A stretch of DNA of 64,000 nt from Halocafeteria seosinensis (Eukaryota). Positions 11,917 to 23,107 of this stretch are shown one piece after another. The notes beneath the pieces are model-generated. The model saw only the letters and a list, made by a program, of their open reading frames with translations, was not told where the DNA came from and did no database searches. Made by a program: the position numbers and the translations under genes. The stretch lies in the NCBI GenBank assembly GCA_001687465.1, contig LVLI01000201.1, forward strand, positions 1 through 64,000, read 5' to 3'. How positions within the stretch are numbered: position 1 is the first letter of the stretch; every line of letters begins with the position of its first letter.

Positions 11917-12591
11917 TTGTTTCTACCAAGAAATCATGAAACAAGAAACAGACGTGAGAAGCGCGACCCAGACAAGCTCCAACTTGTACTGGCAACTGGT
12001 GCTCCCTAAATGTTTGTGTCACGGCGTGCTGGAACACTTCAACAATCGGAGATTAGCCGCCGATACCGTAGAGTGGTTGTACAATTGTACGTTGTACAAC
12101 AGTATTACGTCACGTCCCAGGCCCTACCAGTAGGGTCACGCCATACAGCAGCTTGAAGGTTGACCACCAACCTCGAATTCATTTGCTTGGTGTAAGGACC
12201 AGGTATGGATCAATTATAAAGTCTGTATTCTGATGCTAAAGGAATAAAGCTGCTGGAGCATGGAGGAGCTCGGGGGTCCGCCTGCCCACCAACACTCTCA
12301 GCCAACACTCGAGGGACCCTAACCGGAATCACTTCAGCATGCTCACCTTGTGGTTTATCAACGTTACAGATAGCACGTTTTATGCAGTAACTAGAGTGAG
12401 CAGTGGGCAATGATTGGCGTTGCACTGACTGCACCGTAGACGGCAGGAACTCATGGGAATTCGACCAGGTCAAACACGGTAGAATCCTAACGTGAGTGTA
12501 TTATTATTGCTTCTACCGGAAGTATTCTAGTCTAAATGCTACGTTACGACGTGAGAATGGAAGCAGAAACAACATGCCCATGGGATTCCAA

Positions 12592-12850
12592 GTCTGCCTG
12601 TAGAGTCTCCGTATTCTCACTCGGGGGAGTGTCACCACCCACTGACCACCAGGACGGTAGCATAGATAATCAAGGAGACGACCACCACCATTGACACCAT
12701 GAACCTTTCTTCGATTTTGTGGCGTTCTTGGATTTCTCCAGAAGAGGAGGATCTAAAACAAGGAAATCTCCATAGGACCACCAGGGCTCTTGGAGCCACT
12801 CTTTGTTCTTGTCGCCGGGCTGCGCCTTTTCTGACTGTCCGGTTTGTATT
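12592..12850 (-). pseudogene. Decayed partial duplicate of the 5' end of the 812-aa two-TM gene
   Basis: Encodes EPWWSYGDFLVLDPPLLEKSKNATKSK versus parent EPWWSYGDFLALDPPFLEKSKDATKSK; TM1 continues in another frame; ATG changed to ATA. Confidence 0.88.
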
Positions 12851-13321
12851 TTCAAAAAAGGATAGATGTCGCAAGCGTTAAAATTTTCACATTCTAGACA
12901 ATTCTTACGAGTTGACAAATAAGTCATGCACTTAGGTTGTACGACAGCAATGCAGGGGTGCTGCCCCCGGGAACGCTAACAGGTGCCTCAGCGACCTCGG
13001 GTTGTTGCTTCTGTTACACTCGAGCCACCGGAGGGCCCAGTGACCGGATGGCCACACCATGATGGTCATGGCTAGAAGTGCCTAGCTATTGAACGGTAGG
13101 ACCGAAATCTACTGCTAGTGCGGACAACATTCCTCACCGAATTTACGCTTTGCAGGGTAACGGACCAATGCACCCGCATCAGCCAATTGACGGTACATGG
13201 GAGTCAGGACGGGGAACCTTAGGGTCAGTAGTGGAGATTCAAGACCATTTTGGGAATGGAGCATTAGCAAAAATATGGGGGCGGCGATATATTCTTCAAA
13301 CTACGATCCATCCTTTGGTAT

Positions 13322-15289
13322 TTATTCATCTTGCCTGCCGTCGACAGGTTGCTCTTCGGCAACTCCGGGGTGGTCGAGGTGCCCAGCATTATTTGCTCTC
13401 GCTTCCCCGTTATTGGCCCCGCCGTCCAGGTTTTCGCCGTTTCCATCTTCTTCTTGTTGAGGTGGCAAAGGCTCTGGAGGAGGCAGCCAAGTCGGGAACA
13501 CACTCAGAATAAATGACATCACAAGTGCGGCAAAGCCTGCGACAAATCCTTTGAGCATTGGTACTCGGTTTTGGTTGTTGACTCGTTCCCTCTCATTGAC
13601 AAGTTCAGGTAAATTCCCCCATGCATTGAATTGAGCAACACCACCTACACGAAGACGAGCTGCATAATACTCGAATGCATTCATATTATTTACAGCCACC
13701 GCCGCGTTGTTGTTATCGTGGTTGACAGCTTCGTTAGTTTGGCCGCTATCAGCTTCCGGGGCTTCCCTGTTTCGGAAACACCTCCAAAGGCGCCTAAAGA
13801 TTGCATTGATGGCGCCGAGGTGGTAGAGATAGATGACAAACGCACTAACAATTATGGTATACTGTCTCTCTGCTGATCTTCCTCTCGTCAAAAGCAACGT
13901 CACCAACGAGAGCCGGAAAAGCAATCCAAGTTGCAAGTTTTGGACGGCTCCGAGCCATGCAGGCCTTTGTCTGGCAATATCCTGTTGCCCGCCCGCCTGC
14001 CCATTTCTGCCCTGCGGTTCAGCAGCGTCCTCCCTGTGTTGACCTTGAGCACCTTCTACATTGTCACCTCTTTGCTGAGCAGCAGGTCTCTGTCTATGCC
14101 GAGAATGCTGTTCAGTTGATCCGCGAACAGTTTGTCCCTGTTGCTCTGTCTCAGATTCTTCGCTCTCTGGAATGGAGCTGGCGGTACTAGATTCCGTACT
14201 ACTGCTAGATTCTGAACTGCTGCTCGAGTTCGAACCTCGACGTCGGTGATGTCGGCGATGGTGATGATGTTTGTTCATATACGCCCATTGCATTTGCTGG
14301 CACATTGCGCAATACTGCATCCATTGCAGGTATAGCATATACTGATGCTGTTGCTGCTGCAAGTCCGGGGCATCGGCGACACTGCTAGGTGTCGAAGGCA
14401 TGACGGGGGTGCCATTACCGAAACTCATGTAGCCCTCAGCTGTCGGTGTTGGCGTCATCGTATCATGTGGGTGGCGACTGTAGGTGCTAGCGATGTTCAG
14501 CGACGTCAGATGAGCATTGGAGGTCCAAGGATTCTGATACATGGCTCCATACGGCAAATGCAGGCTAGCCGTAGAAGGCAGAGATGATTGGGAGCTAATT
14601 CGATCCCGTTGATTAGTATGAGAATGCCGCGACTGTTGAGAAAGATTTGCCTGTTGCTCCTGGTCATGATGTCCAACTTCAGACGACGTTGGCGCGGACT
14701 CAAGACCACAGTTGGCTGCAGACGACGCTCCCATCCAGGCGGAGCTACCCATAGTGTTGGTAGCAGTCTTATCAAGTGTTGCATGGCTATTTAAACTGAG
14801 TCCTCCCAAGGAGGAGATCTCTTCCACGTTGGTTACGTTGGTTACGTTCGTCCTTTCCGAAGCAGCCACAGAGACAGCCGTGGTCGAGACCGAAGCCGTA
14901 TTCGCTTTTCGCGCAGTTTCCGGGGAATACAATAAGTGCACCGACACGTGGTGACGACCGTTGGAATCTGGCGTCGTGGATGTCTCGCCCCCCACGGACG
15001 CTGAGCGCATTCCTTGACGTCCCCCTCTTTCCCCCAGAGGTTTAAATGACGGCGATGACGGCGACAAAAGTCGCGTCAGAGGCATAGAATCATCACTTAT
15101 CAATCTTCCATTCCACACGAGCCTCTGTTCGGACACGTGAGGAGCACAAACGTGGTGCTTGTGGATCAAAGTCTTGAGGTGGGAAATGGTCCTGTCTTGC
15201 TCCGGGTTCACCGGGATACAGGCGCTGTATTCAGTCGAATACACATCAATAACATTCACCAACAGACGCTGGTTGGACGAGGCACTCAT
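13322..15289 (-). CDS. Ubiquitin-like domain membrane protein, HERP-like (ERAD)
   Basis: N-terminal UBL (TISHLKTLI...EQRLVWNGRLISD), S/Q/H-rich middle with YxQW, TM pair LLFRLSLVTLLL / IIVSAFVIYLYH, C-terminal FILSVFP; first ATG at 15289. Confidence 0.8.
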   Translation of the reverse strand: MSASSNQRLLVNVIDVYSTEYSACIPVNPEQDRTISHLKTLIHKHHVCAPHVSEQRLVWNGRLISDDSMPLTRLLSPSSPSFKPLGERGGRQGMRSASVGGETSTTPDSNGRHHVSVHLLYSPETARKANTASVSTTAVSVAASERTNVTNVTNVEEISSLGGLSLNSHATLDKTATNTMGSSAWMGASSAANCGLESAPTSSEVGHHDQEQQANLSQQSRHSHTNQRDRISSQSSLPSTASLHLPYGAMYQNPWTSNAHLTSLNIASTYSRHPHDTMTPTPTAEGYMSFGNGTPVMPSTPSSVADAPDLQQQQHQYMLYLQWMQYCAMCQQMQWAYMNKHHHHRRHHRRRGSNSSSSSESSSSTESSTASSIPESEESETEQQGQTVRGSTEQHSRHRQRPAAQQRGDNVEGAQGQHREDAAEPQGRNGQAGGQQDIARQRPAWLGAVQNLQLGLLFRLSLVTLLLTRGRSAERQYTIIVSAFVIYLYHLGAINAIFRRLWRCFRNREAPEADSGQTNEAVNHDNNNAAVAVNNMNAFEYYAARLRVGGVAQFNAWGNLPELVNERERVNNQNRVPMLKGFVAGFAALVMSFILSVFPTWLPPPEPLPPQQEEDGNGENLDGGANNGEARANNAGHLDHPGVAEEQPVDGRQDE

Positions 15290-15649
15290 GATGGGAGGGG
15301 GGGGAAAGGTAGTAAAATGGACCTTGTATAGACACAATAAAGACAACACGTGTGGGGAGAGCTTCAATCAATCCACGAGACCAACTGGCAACTAAACTAT
15401 ACTGTCCTACAGGCGGCCAAAATTCGGCTACACGACGGCACAAACTGCACATCCCCTGATCGAGGTAGATATTTTCAGTACTGCGGGAACGAGTATGTTT
15501 ATGGAACTTCAGACTAGTAAACAATGTTAGAACGTCTCATTGACAACAGGGCATCACTCGATATGTAAAAAGGGACGCCATATGACAACAAGGAAACATA
15601 TAAGTGTATGTGCCAGGTAGATAAAACACTATTAGCAATTTTATCAGCT

Positions 15650-16762
15650 TCAAGTGTTTTTCTTGTCTGAGCCTTTGCTTGACTTGCTCTTGCTCTTCTT
15701 GGAAGGTTCCTGCGAACAACAACGCATGCAAGATAAAGGCACTATTATTTCCCCTCGTAGCGGACAAGTGGCAAAACTAACCAATGAACGGAGGTATTGT
15801 TCCTGTGGGTCCATATAGTTTTCAACATGCTTAACAGCACGACCGGATGTAGCAGGTTGCCTAGAGCTTCCCGTTGCGATCTTATAAACTAGCCAAGCAA
15901 TCACCACAGCAGCCACCAAAGTGAATATATATTTCGCCAAGCTGTATAGCAAATAGAGACACCAGCAGGTGAAAAAAATACCAGCCACAGAGGAGTGCAG
16001 CGTATACTAACGTACATGTCTGGTTGCACAGATTCCTCCACACTGACAAATTCAACGGTTTCATTGAAAAAGGTCTGCTCATATTCCATTCGGTTGAAGA
16101 CGTAGAAAATCTGGAGTGAAAGGGTGACTTTCTGAGGCTCCACAGTCTTGGGCATTCGGAATGTATGAGCATATGTGGCTTCGGTATCCTCGGGAATCGA
16201 CTCATTAATGTTGGTTGCGAATCGTCCAGTAAACTGCAGCACGTTAATAGCAGTTGCTGCGTTTTCAGGCTGTAAACTACTCTACATCCAATGCATATCG
16301 AACACGTACGTTCATTAATACTCGACTATAATCATTGGGGTCATTGAGGGTTCCCGCGATTCCCATCATGTGAATTGGTTCATCTTCAGCGTTGATGATT
16401 CCACACAAGACCGACACCTGTTTGCCAATGGGTAGTTCTGCGCCATCACAGGACGACAATGGTGATAAATAAGCTCTATACAGTGTATAATAGCTCCAAA
16501 ATGCCTGGGACTTACTGCTGTCAAAGGCCTGCGCCAGGCCTCCTTTGACGTATACTTCAGCCCCTTCTTCGAACAGAGGGTCCTCCACAGCGTCCTCGTA
16601 GTATTCCTCAAAGTTATCCTCGGTCCCGCCTTCCTCTACGACGTGTATATCGTCATCATCGGCCTCTGTATCTTGCGCTGAGGCTCCCAAATAACCCGGA
16701 GCGCTCAGGAATAACGCTATTCCTGCCACCAGGAGCAGTTGTATGGAGATCTGGCTCTTCAT
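15650..16762 (-). CDS. SSR1: Translocon-associated protein alpha, multi-exon
   Basis: Signal peptide, acidic N-terminal stretch, luminal domain ending FFNETVEFV, one TM (YIFTLVAAVVIAWLVY), basic tail KKSKSKSSKGSDKKNT. Confidence 0.82.
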
Positions 16763-17068
16763 ACTGAATACTTCAAACGTGTGTACGTCTACCTATTCGG
16801 ACACGGGAGCATCTATCGACACGTAAACACTCAATACGGCGGTCCAAACAGCATGTCCTCGGGCTCTGGGACAGCCATCCAAACCGGGACCCTTTTTGTG
16901 GTTTTCTACTAGGGGAAGCTAAAGGGAAGCAGGAAACCATATGAAAAGATTGTCGTGTCGGGAGCATTTCCCCGGAGGTCACTCTAGAACGCGATGAAAT
17001 AGTGGAATTATCAAGTCGTTCCCGTGTTATTTCGAAGGAAACTACCACCGTATCAGAAAGAAGAAACA

Positions 17069-17611
17069 ATGGAGAGTGACTCTGCAGAAGTTCGCGGGCT
17101 CTTGGAGGCTATACGAGCCACGCATCGTGCATTAAGCAAGGGGACTCTGAGCCCAGGAATCACTGTGGAGCAGGCTACCTCAAAGTTGCATAACATGGAA
17201 GTTCAGCTGGAGGAACTCAGTTCTTTGATTCGCGAAAAGCACATCAAGTCGATTCCAACCCTTCACCAGCTCCCCGCTCGGGGCGAAAATTTAATGCAAG
17301 TCCCGTCGTACTTACGGACGCAAGTGGACGCTAATACTTCTCGAGATATCCATGAAGCATTGGCTGAGAGCTTACAGGGATCCAATGCTCAGTACACACT
17401 CGGTGGGAAGTCCAGTTCGGACACAGAAGGGAAGGGAGAAGAGGGCCAGCAACAGCAAAGTGAGGATGAAAAGGAGGCGGCTGATCGAAAACAGAAAGAT
17501 ATCACAAAGATTGAAAACTCGGTGGATTCATACAACAAAACCGTGGATAATGCAGCCCAAAAGTTTAAAGAGTACAGACAATACGTCGAAAAACACCACA
17601 TCCTTTCATGA
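17069..17611 (+). CDS. MED8: Mediator subunit 8-like protein
   Basis: 180 aa; VPSYLRTQVD resembles the MED8 motif VPDHLRTKPD, with flanking helices QLEELSSLI and VDSYNK. Head-to-head with SSR1. Confidence 0.6.
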   Translation: MESDSAEVRGLLEAIRATHRALSKGTLSPGITVEQATSKLHNMEVQLEELSSLIREKHIKSIPTLHQLPARGENLMQVPSYLRTQVDANTSRDIHEALAESLQGSNAQYTLGGKSSSDTEGKGEEGQQQQSEDEKEAADRKQKDITKIENSVDSYNKTVDNAAQKFKEYRQYVEKHHILS

Positions 17612-19435
17612 AATGGAAAATACAGGGTAGCAAAGGCTATCGTATAGTACAGTGCGTCAGTGGATGCCGAACTCAGACAGGTAGATTATACTCTCAGCAA
17701 CGTGGCTGGTCCGGATTCTGTGGACATTTTCGGGGAAGAATCCATTGCCGACACAATCTCGAGAGCAAAGCTCGTCCGGAGTGACAATTGATGGACAATA
17801 TTAGCGGACAGCCCCTGCGTTCCGGTGTTTGGAGCAAGGTAACCCACAGCGGATTGATCCCTCTAACATCACTGCTCAACATTGCCCGTGCGGTATCATA
17901 TGAGTTTACCCGCTGTCCTGCGCTCGGCGGGCGTGTTTCCGGTGAGGCTGTTCAGTTTTTGGAACAAAGAACATCTTGTCTACCAGGTCATCGCGCTCGA
18001 CGTATAATTCCCTGGACAACTACCACAGTGCTGGTCAAATGCTGCGATACCACACGGAGTAGAGGATTTAGGAATCCAGAAGATATCTCAAACTTCTCGT
18101 AACTGGCTCGGTTTAGGAACCCCAATTTCCACATAGCAAGTATGTCTGGTAGCCTGAAGGAAATTGAGCAGGCGCAACTTCGTCAAGGGCAGGTACGCGA
18201 GTATCAGTTGTTTAATTTGATAAACGTGCTGAGTAAAGGGGTGTTACTCGACTGAGAGTTCTCTTACTCTGAGCCTGTCCTATTGCCCTTGAACATTCGT
18301 CTGCTCTTACTGCATTTTGTATCCCAGGCTCCTGGCAGCGGGAGCCGGGAAAATGGCTTTGATGTGGAAAACGCCTGCAGTTCCTGCAATGCTTTGCTCT
18401 GATACACAAATGGTTATACGTCAACTGCCACCGCTGTAGTCTCTCACCTGTGTCGAAGGCAAATTGGCCGGATACTCTTTTGTGCTTCAGAGAGTCCGCT
18501 TGAAAGGAACTCTTCATTTTATTATCCAAAGAACCAATGCAATGCAATTCGATATACTTTGTTCAGGAACAGGGTCTATGCGGTTTTTACTTGTGTACAG
18601 GAGCAGCAGATCATCTGTGAAGCAAGCAGGGAAGGAAGCAAGAAAGAAGAACGAGGACTGTTTTGTACAGTACAAGATAGTGCTGTACAAGTCTAGTAAC
18701 TAGATGATGCCCAGGACAGCCTTTATGGGGCACAGTTTCAATTGCTGAGGTGCTTTTGCTCGCTTGGTGGCTGAGCGATCCCACACGCGAGAAAGATTCT
18801 CAACCTTCTTACGCTCAAACCACTGGATATTATGTCCTGCGTGCTACAGTTTTGCTAGGAGAAATGGTTCCAGTATAGGCCGTTGGGGGCGTCGAAAGAG
18901 GTCCGCGGACGTCTGAAGCCCATGCTTGAAACTGCTCTTTACTATTGGAGCCAAGTTGCCGAAGAAAAATCCTAAGAATTCTGCAGTCAACGGGAGTGGA
19001 TATACTCGCTAGCATGGACTCCACATGCATTGGTATTGCGCAATACACGCCTAAACCAATTAAAGAGGCAAAAGACTTGGTTATCATGTGTACAAATTTC
19101 AGTGGCGAGCTCGTCATCCCCACTTCATCCAGACCTGCAGGCCGAATTCGGCGCCCAACTGTGTATCTCCCACTACCAATTTCAGATATATTATCCATAT
19201 TCCTTTAAGGTTTAATTCCTGTGTAGCATGTACCGTTTTTTGGCGCTAATGCATTTGTAGGGCGGTATGCGGCCCGCATATTGCGGGTAGTATAGAATCT
19301 AGATTCCTTCACAAAACAACACCAGCGCATGGCGGCTAATCGTAAGCCGACTTTTGGATATTGATTACAGTTTTCCCAGAGGGGGGTTGTTTGAATACGA
19401 CGACTACGGATAGGAGCAACACTAACATTCAAACA

Positions 19436-20950
19436 ATGGTACGTCTGTATGGTCTTGTTTGAATGCTTAGAAAGATCCTGGTGTATGTATATGCGCTATT
19501 TGGTTTCTACAGAGTGGAAATCAGCGTATCCCACGGGGCAGTGGGATTGCCGACTATACCGCCGCCGCAGAAAACCGGAGGGAGGTGGTTCAGGCTGTTC
19601 TAGAAGATATAACCAAGAAAGGCGTGTCAGATCTGAATGCATTCATCGACGTTTTCTCGGTGGACCAGGCTTTGGAACTCACTGACAAGTATCGTAGCAG
19701 TGACGAAAAGCATAGTCTTGGACGGTGTACCTTTTGTCGTCAAGGATTGTTTCGATCTTCCCGGTACTCGAACCACTGCGGCCACACCGGCATTGGATGA
19801 TCATGTGGTTTCCAAAGACAAAGCACCTGCGACATGCATTCAACGATTGCTGCAGGCTGGAGCTATTCCCGTTGGGAAGACCAACATGCACGAGTTGGGG
19901 TTTGGAACCAGTGGAATCAACGGACATACTGGGGCTACTAAGAACCCTTACAATCCAGCGTTCATTGCAGGTGGCAGCTCCTCAGGCACCGGTGCCATTG
20001 TTGGAGCAGGAGTTGTTCCTTTCGGTATGGGCGAGGACACTGGCGGATCTGGCCGAATACCAGCAGTTTTCTGTGGAGCGCATGGGTTCCGTCCAACTAC
20101 CGGTAGATACACCCCGATTGATGAAAGAGGACGGATAGTTCCGATTTGTAGTGTCCGGGATACCGCAGCGCCCATGGCGCGAACTGTTCGAGATCTGGCT
20201 CTTCTGGACTCTGTTTTGGCGGGAGAAGGAAGCAAGACAAACCAGCCGAGAGAGGTGACCGAAATCAAGCTAGGGGTGCCGCAGCAATACTTCTGGGAGA
20301 ATGTAGACGAAGAAGTGGAAAAGACTACAACTGCTGTGTTGGAAAAGTTAAAGGATAACGGTTTCGCTCTTAAGCCCATCCAATTTCCGCAAGACATTGT
20401 GGACTTGAACAATAAGCTGTCAATGGACTTAGTGTTCTCGGACTACTTCTCCGACTTGGATGGCTATTTGCATTCCCACGATCTCCATAAGAAGACAACT
20501 CTGAATCAACTATTCGGGTCCGTCAAGTCATCAGACGTGAGCGACATACTTTCGTTTTACCAGAACCATCCGATTTCCGCTGAAAGAAAGAAGGAAATTT
20601 TGGAAGATGAAAGGCCTAGGCTACAAGAGCGTTTAAAGCATACAATTGAGTCGCAAGGCGTACATGCCATCGTATTCCCGACGACTCCAGTGCCTCCGAC
20701 GAGAATTGAACAAGGACAGACCATAGAGCTCAACGGGAATAGCGTACCGCTTTTTCCGACCCATGTGCGCAACAATGACGTTTCTGCTAATGCAGGCTTC
20801 CCGAGTCTGGCTTTGTGTATTGGTAAAACGACTAACGGTCTACCGATAGGCATCAACATTGACGGACTGCCTGGTTGTGATCAGGATGTGCTCGCTATGG
20901 GCTGTACTATAGAACGGTACTTAAGCTCTCCCTCCGTTCCGCACTTATAA
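19436..20950 (+). CDS. Amidase-signature family enzyme, indoleacetamide/mandelamide hydrolase-like (apparent +1 frameshift near 19716)
   Basis: ATG at 19436, intron 19439-19512, LNAFI, then LDGVPFVVKD, GKTNMHELGFG, GGSSSG, GEDTGGSGRIPA (Ser-cisSer-Lys triad residues) and RNNDVSANAGFPSL. Confidence 0.88.
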
Positions 20951-21508
20951 AGTGAACGCCAGCGTATCGGAGTCCTATCGGTACGCTATTCTCCCGAGAT
21001 TCTTTGATACTTGGGAGTTTCAGTATGTGCTTAACACTGGAACAACCCTTCGACTTGCTCTCCGCATACGCTTTTGTCTTAGCATCTTTTTCAATAAACA
21101 GACGTATTCGATTTCCAGATTAGCCCAGTTAACAGGATACTAAGTTGGGGTTAGTTTGTTACTTAGCATTGCTAGTTGAAGCGCTGCATGTGTGTTCATT
21201 GTATTCGGTAGCAAAGGTACCTGAGCACCCTAACAACGTCCATATGTGACACTTATGAGAGCCACTCCCTACGAAAATCATNATATGGTACCATGGGGTA
21301 TTACTGCACACATAGTGCTACGGAGTTACTAAGGGTCTCGAGAGTGGCCTTCCCTTCGTTTCTACCGAACAGCATCCGCATTAGGATTGGTGTACACTTC
21401 TTTCGAAGAACCCCGCCGAATGGTGACCAGGGGGAGCTGTAGCGGCAAATCTTCCGGGTATTCACTCCTGAGGAGGCGAAAGCTTTGCATTATCACGTTC
21501 AGTGTCCT

Positions 21509-21850
21509 GTCTACCCATAGCCATCAACATTGATGGACTGCCTGGCTGTGATCAGGATGTGCTCGCCATTGGCTGTACTACAGAGTAGTACTTAAAGCCT
21601 CCGTCCGTTCCGCAATTATGAATGTGCACTCAATTGGTCTACGACGTAAATATCGCCAGCGTACCGGTATCCTCTAGGGCTCTTTAATGCTAAAAGTTTT
21701 CAGTATGTTCTACACTGAGACGACGGCGACCCAGTGATTCGCTCTCCCAATCTGTTTTTGTCCTAGCATCTGTTTCAATAAACAGGCGCATTTGGTTCAA
21801 GAATCCAAGTTAAAGCTAGTTGGTTAGCTAATCTTATTCGCCGAAGCGCT
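21509..21850 (+). pseudogene. Decayed tandem duplicate of the amidase 3' end and 3' flank
   Basis: ccatcaacattgatggactgcctggctgtgatcaggatgtgctcgc matches about 20850-20896; in-frame TAG; similarity continues into the UTR (caataaacag...gaagcgct). Confidence 0.88.
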
Positions 21851-23107
21851 TCAGTTTGCGCGTATATTGTATCCGAGAACCTGACGCCGGCAACTTTGCC
21901 GAATCCAGCATAGATTGAAGAGTAGTGGCGGCAAAAGTTTAAAATAAAACGCATGCTTGGCCAAAGGTTTAAGCGTCTACGGCATCCACTGCCAATTATC
22001 CACATATTATGCCGATGGACCTGCCTAAACACCACCAAGGAAACAACAAACGCATTTAGTGGATAGGGACCACAATCCTATATAGAGGACGGATTCTCTG
22101 GAGTTCCGTAGTGTCCTGTTGTTACCATGGATGTTCCCAAGTCCAATCTGTCGTGTTGTTGTGGCTTGTTCCGATGCTTGCGGAGTAACCCGCCCACGCA
22201 AAGTGAAGTGAACCCGCTTTCTGCCAAGATAATTTCATCCCTGAACTGTAGCCATCTCAAAGATTCTCGAACGCCGGTGCTCGTCATCGGAAGTCCGTAT
22301 ATGGCTTCTGCTCATCGGCTCTAATGCACTCTTGCTTGACAAACCAGCATCTCGGTCGTATGATGAATACAAAGGGGGATGCGGAATTTCCGATGTCGCC
22401 TGCTCGCTTACGCTCGTGACACTGTTAATCATTTCCATTTTGCCCGTTAAGAATGGACTGCAAGTACCGTCGAAACTTGTGGAGAGCGTTAAGTAAACCA
22501 ACCCTATCAAGCAACAGAAAGATTCGCGCTATAGAAAAAGGACACGTAAGAAGAAACTAGTTGCCAAAGTGAAAGAAAACTATGATACCACAGGAGGGAA
22601 TCTACTGTAGATCGAATTCCTAGGCTAGGAGGTGTCGCATATTGCAGAAGACGCAAAGGATGATCGTGATATCAATCGTTGATTCATTATTTGTGACGGT
22701 ACAATGGAATTGTTTGGGGTTCCCGCAGCACTATCTACAGCACCGTGTTACGTTGTCGTCCTGCTCCACTGCTGCAGGTTGCAACAATGTGCAGAACATT
22801 GCAGCAATGCTCTGTCTCGTTAATCAAAACTTCTGCATGCCTCTAAAATATTGTATTACTACTTCTATCGAGTGATTTGCCTGTCCGAGGCAGTTTGGGA
22901 GCTTACTGTTGTACCACTGCAGACGGTGACCGTTGGGGAGTGTAGAACAACTTTTTGCCTCAAGAATTTGACAACTCATACAGCTTGTACAGGGCGGATT
23001 GGCTCCACCACTTTCGATACAGACAGTTGTTCCATTTTTTTCAGGTTTGATACCGGCGACGAACTTGAGTCCGCAACGTTGTATTGTTACGGATTCGCCC
23101 TGCTGTC

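Noticed and set aside
22078..23100. Short ORFs upstream of the repeat protein as extra 5' exons
   Set aside because: The frames contain stops, and a signal peptide begins at about 23108; they cannot be linked.
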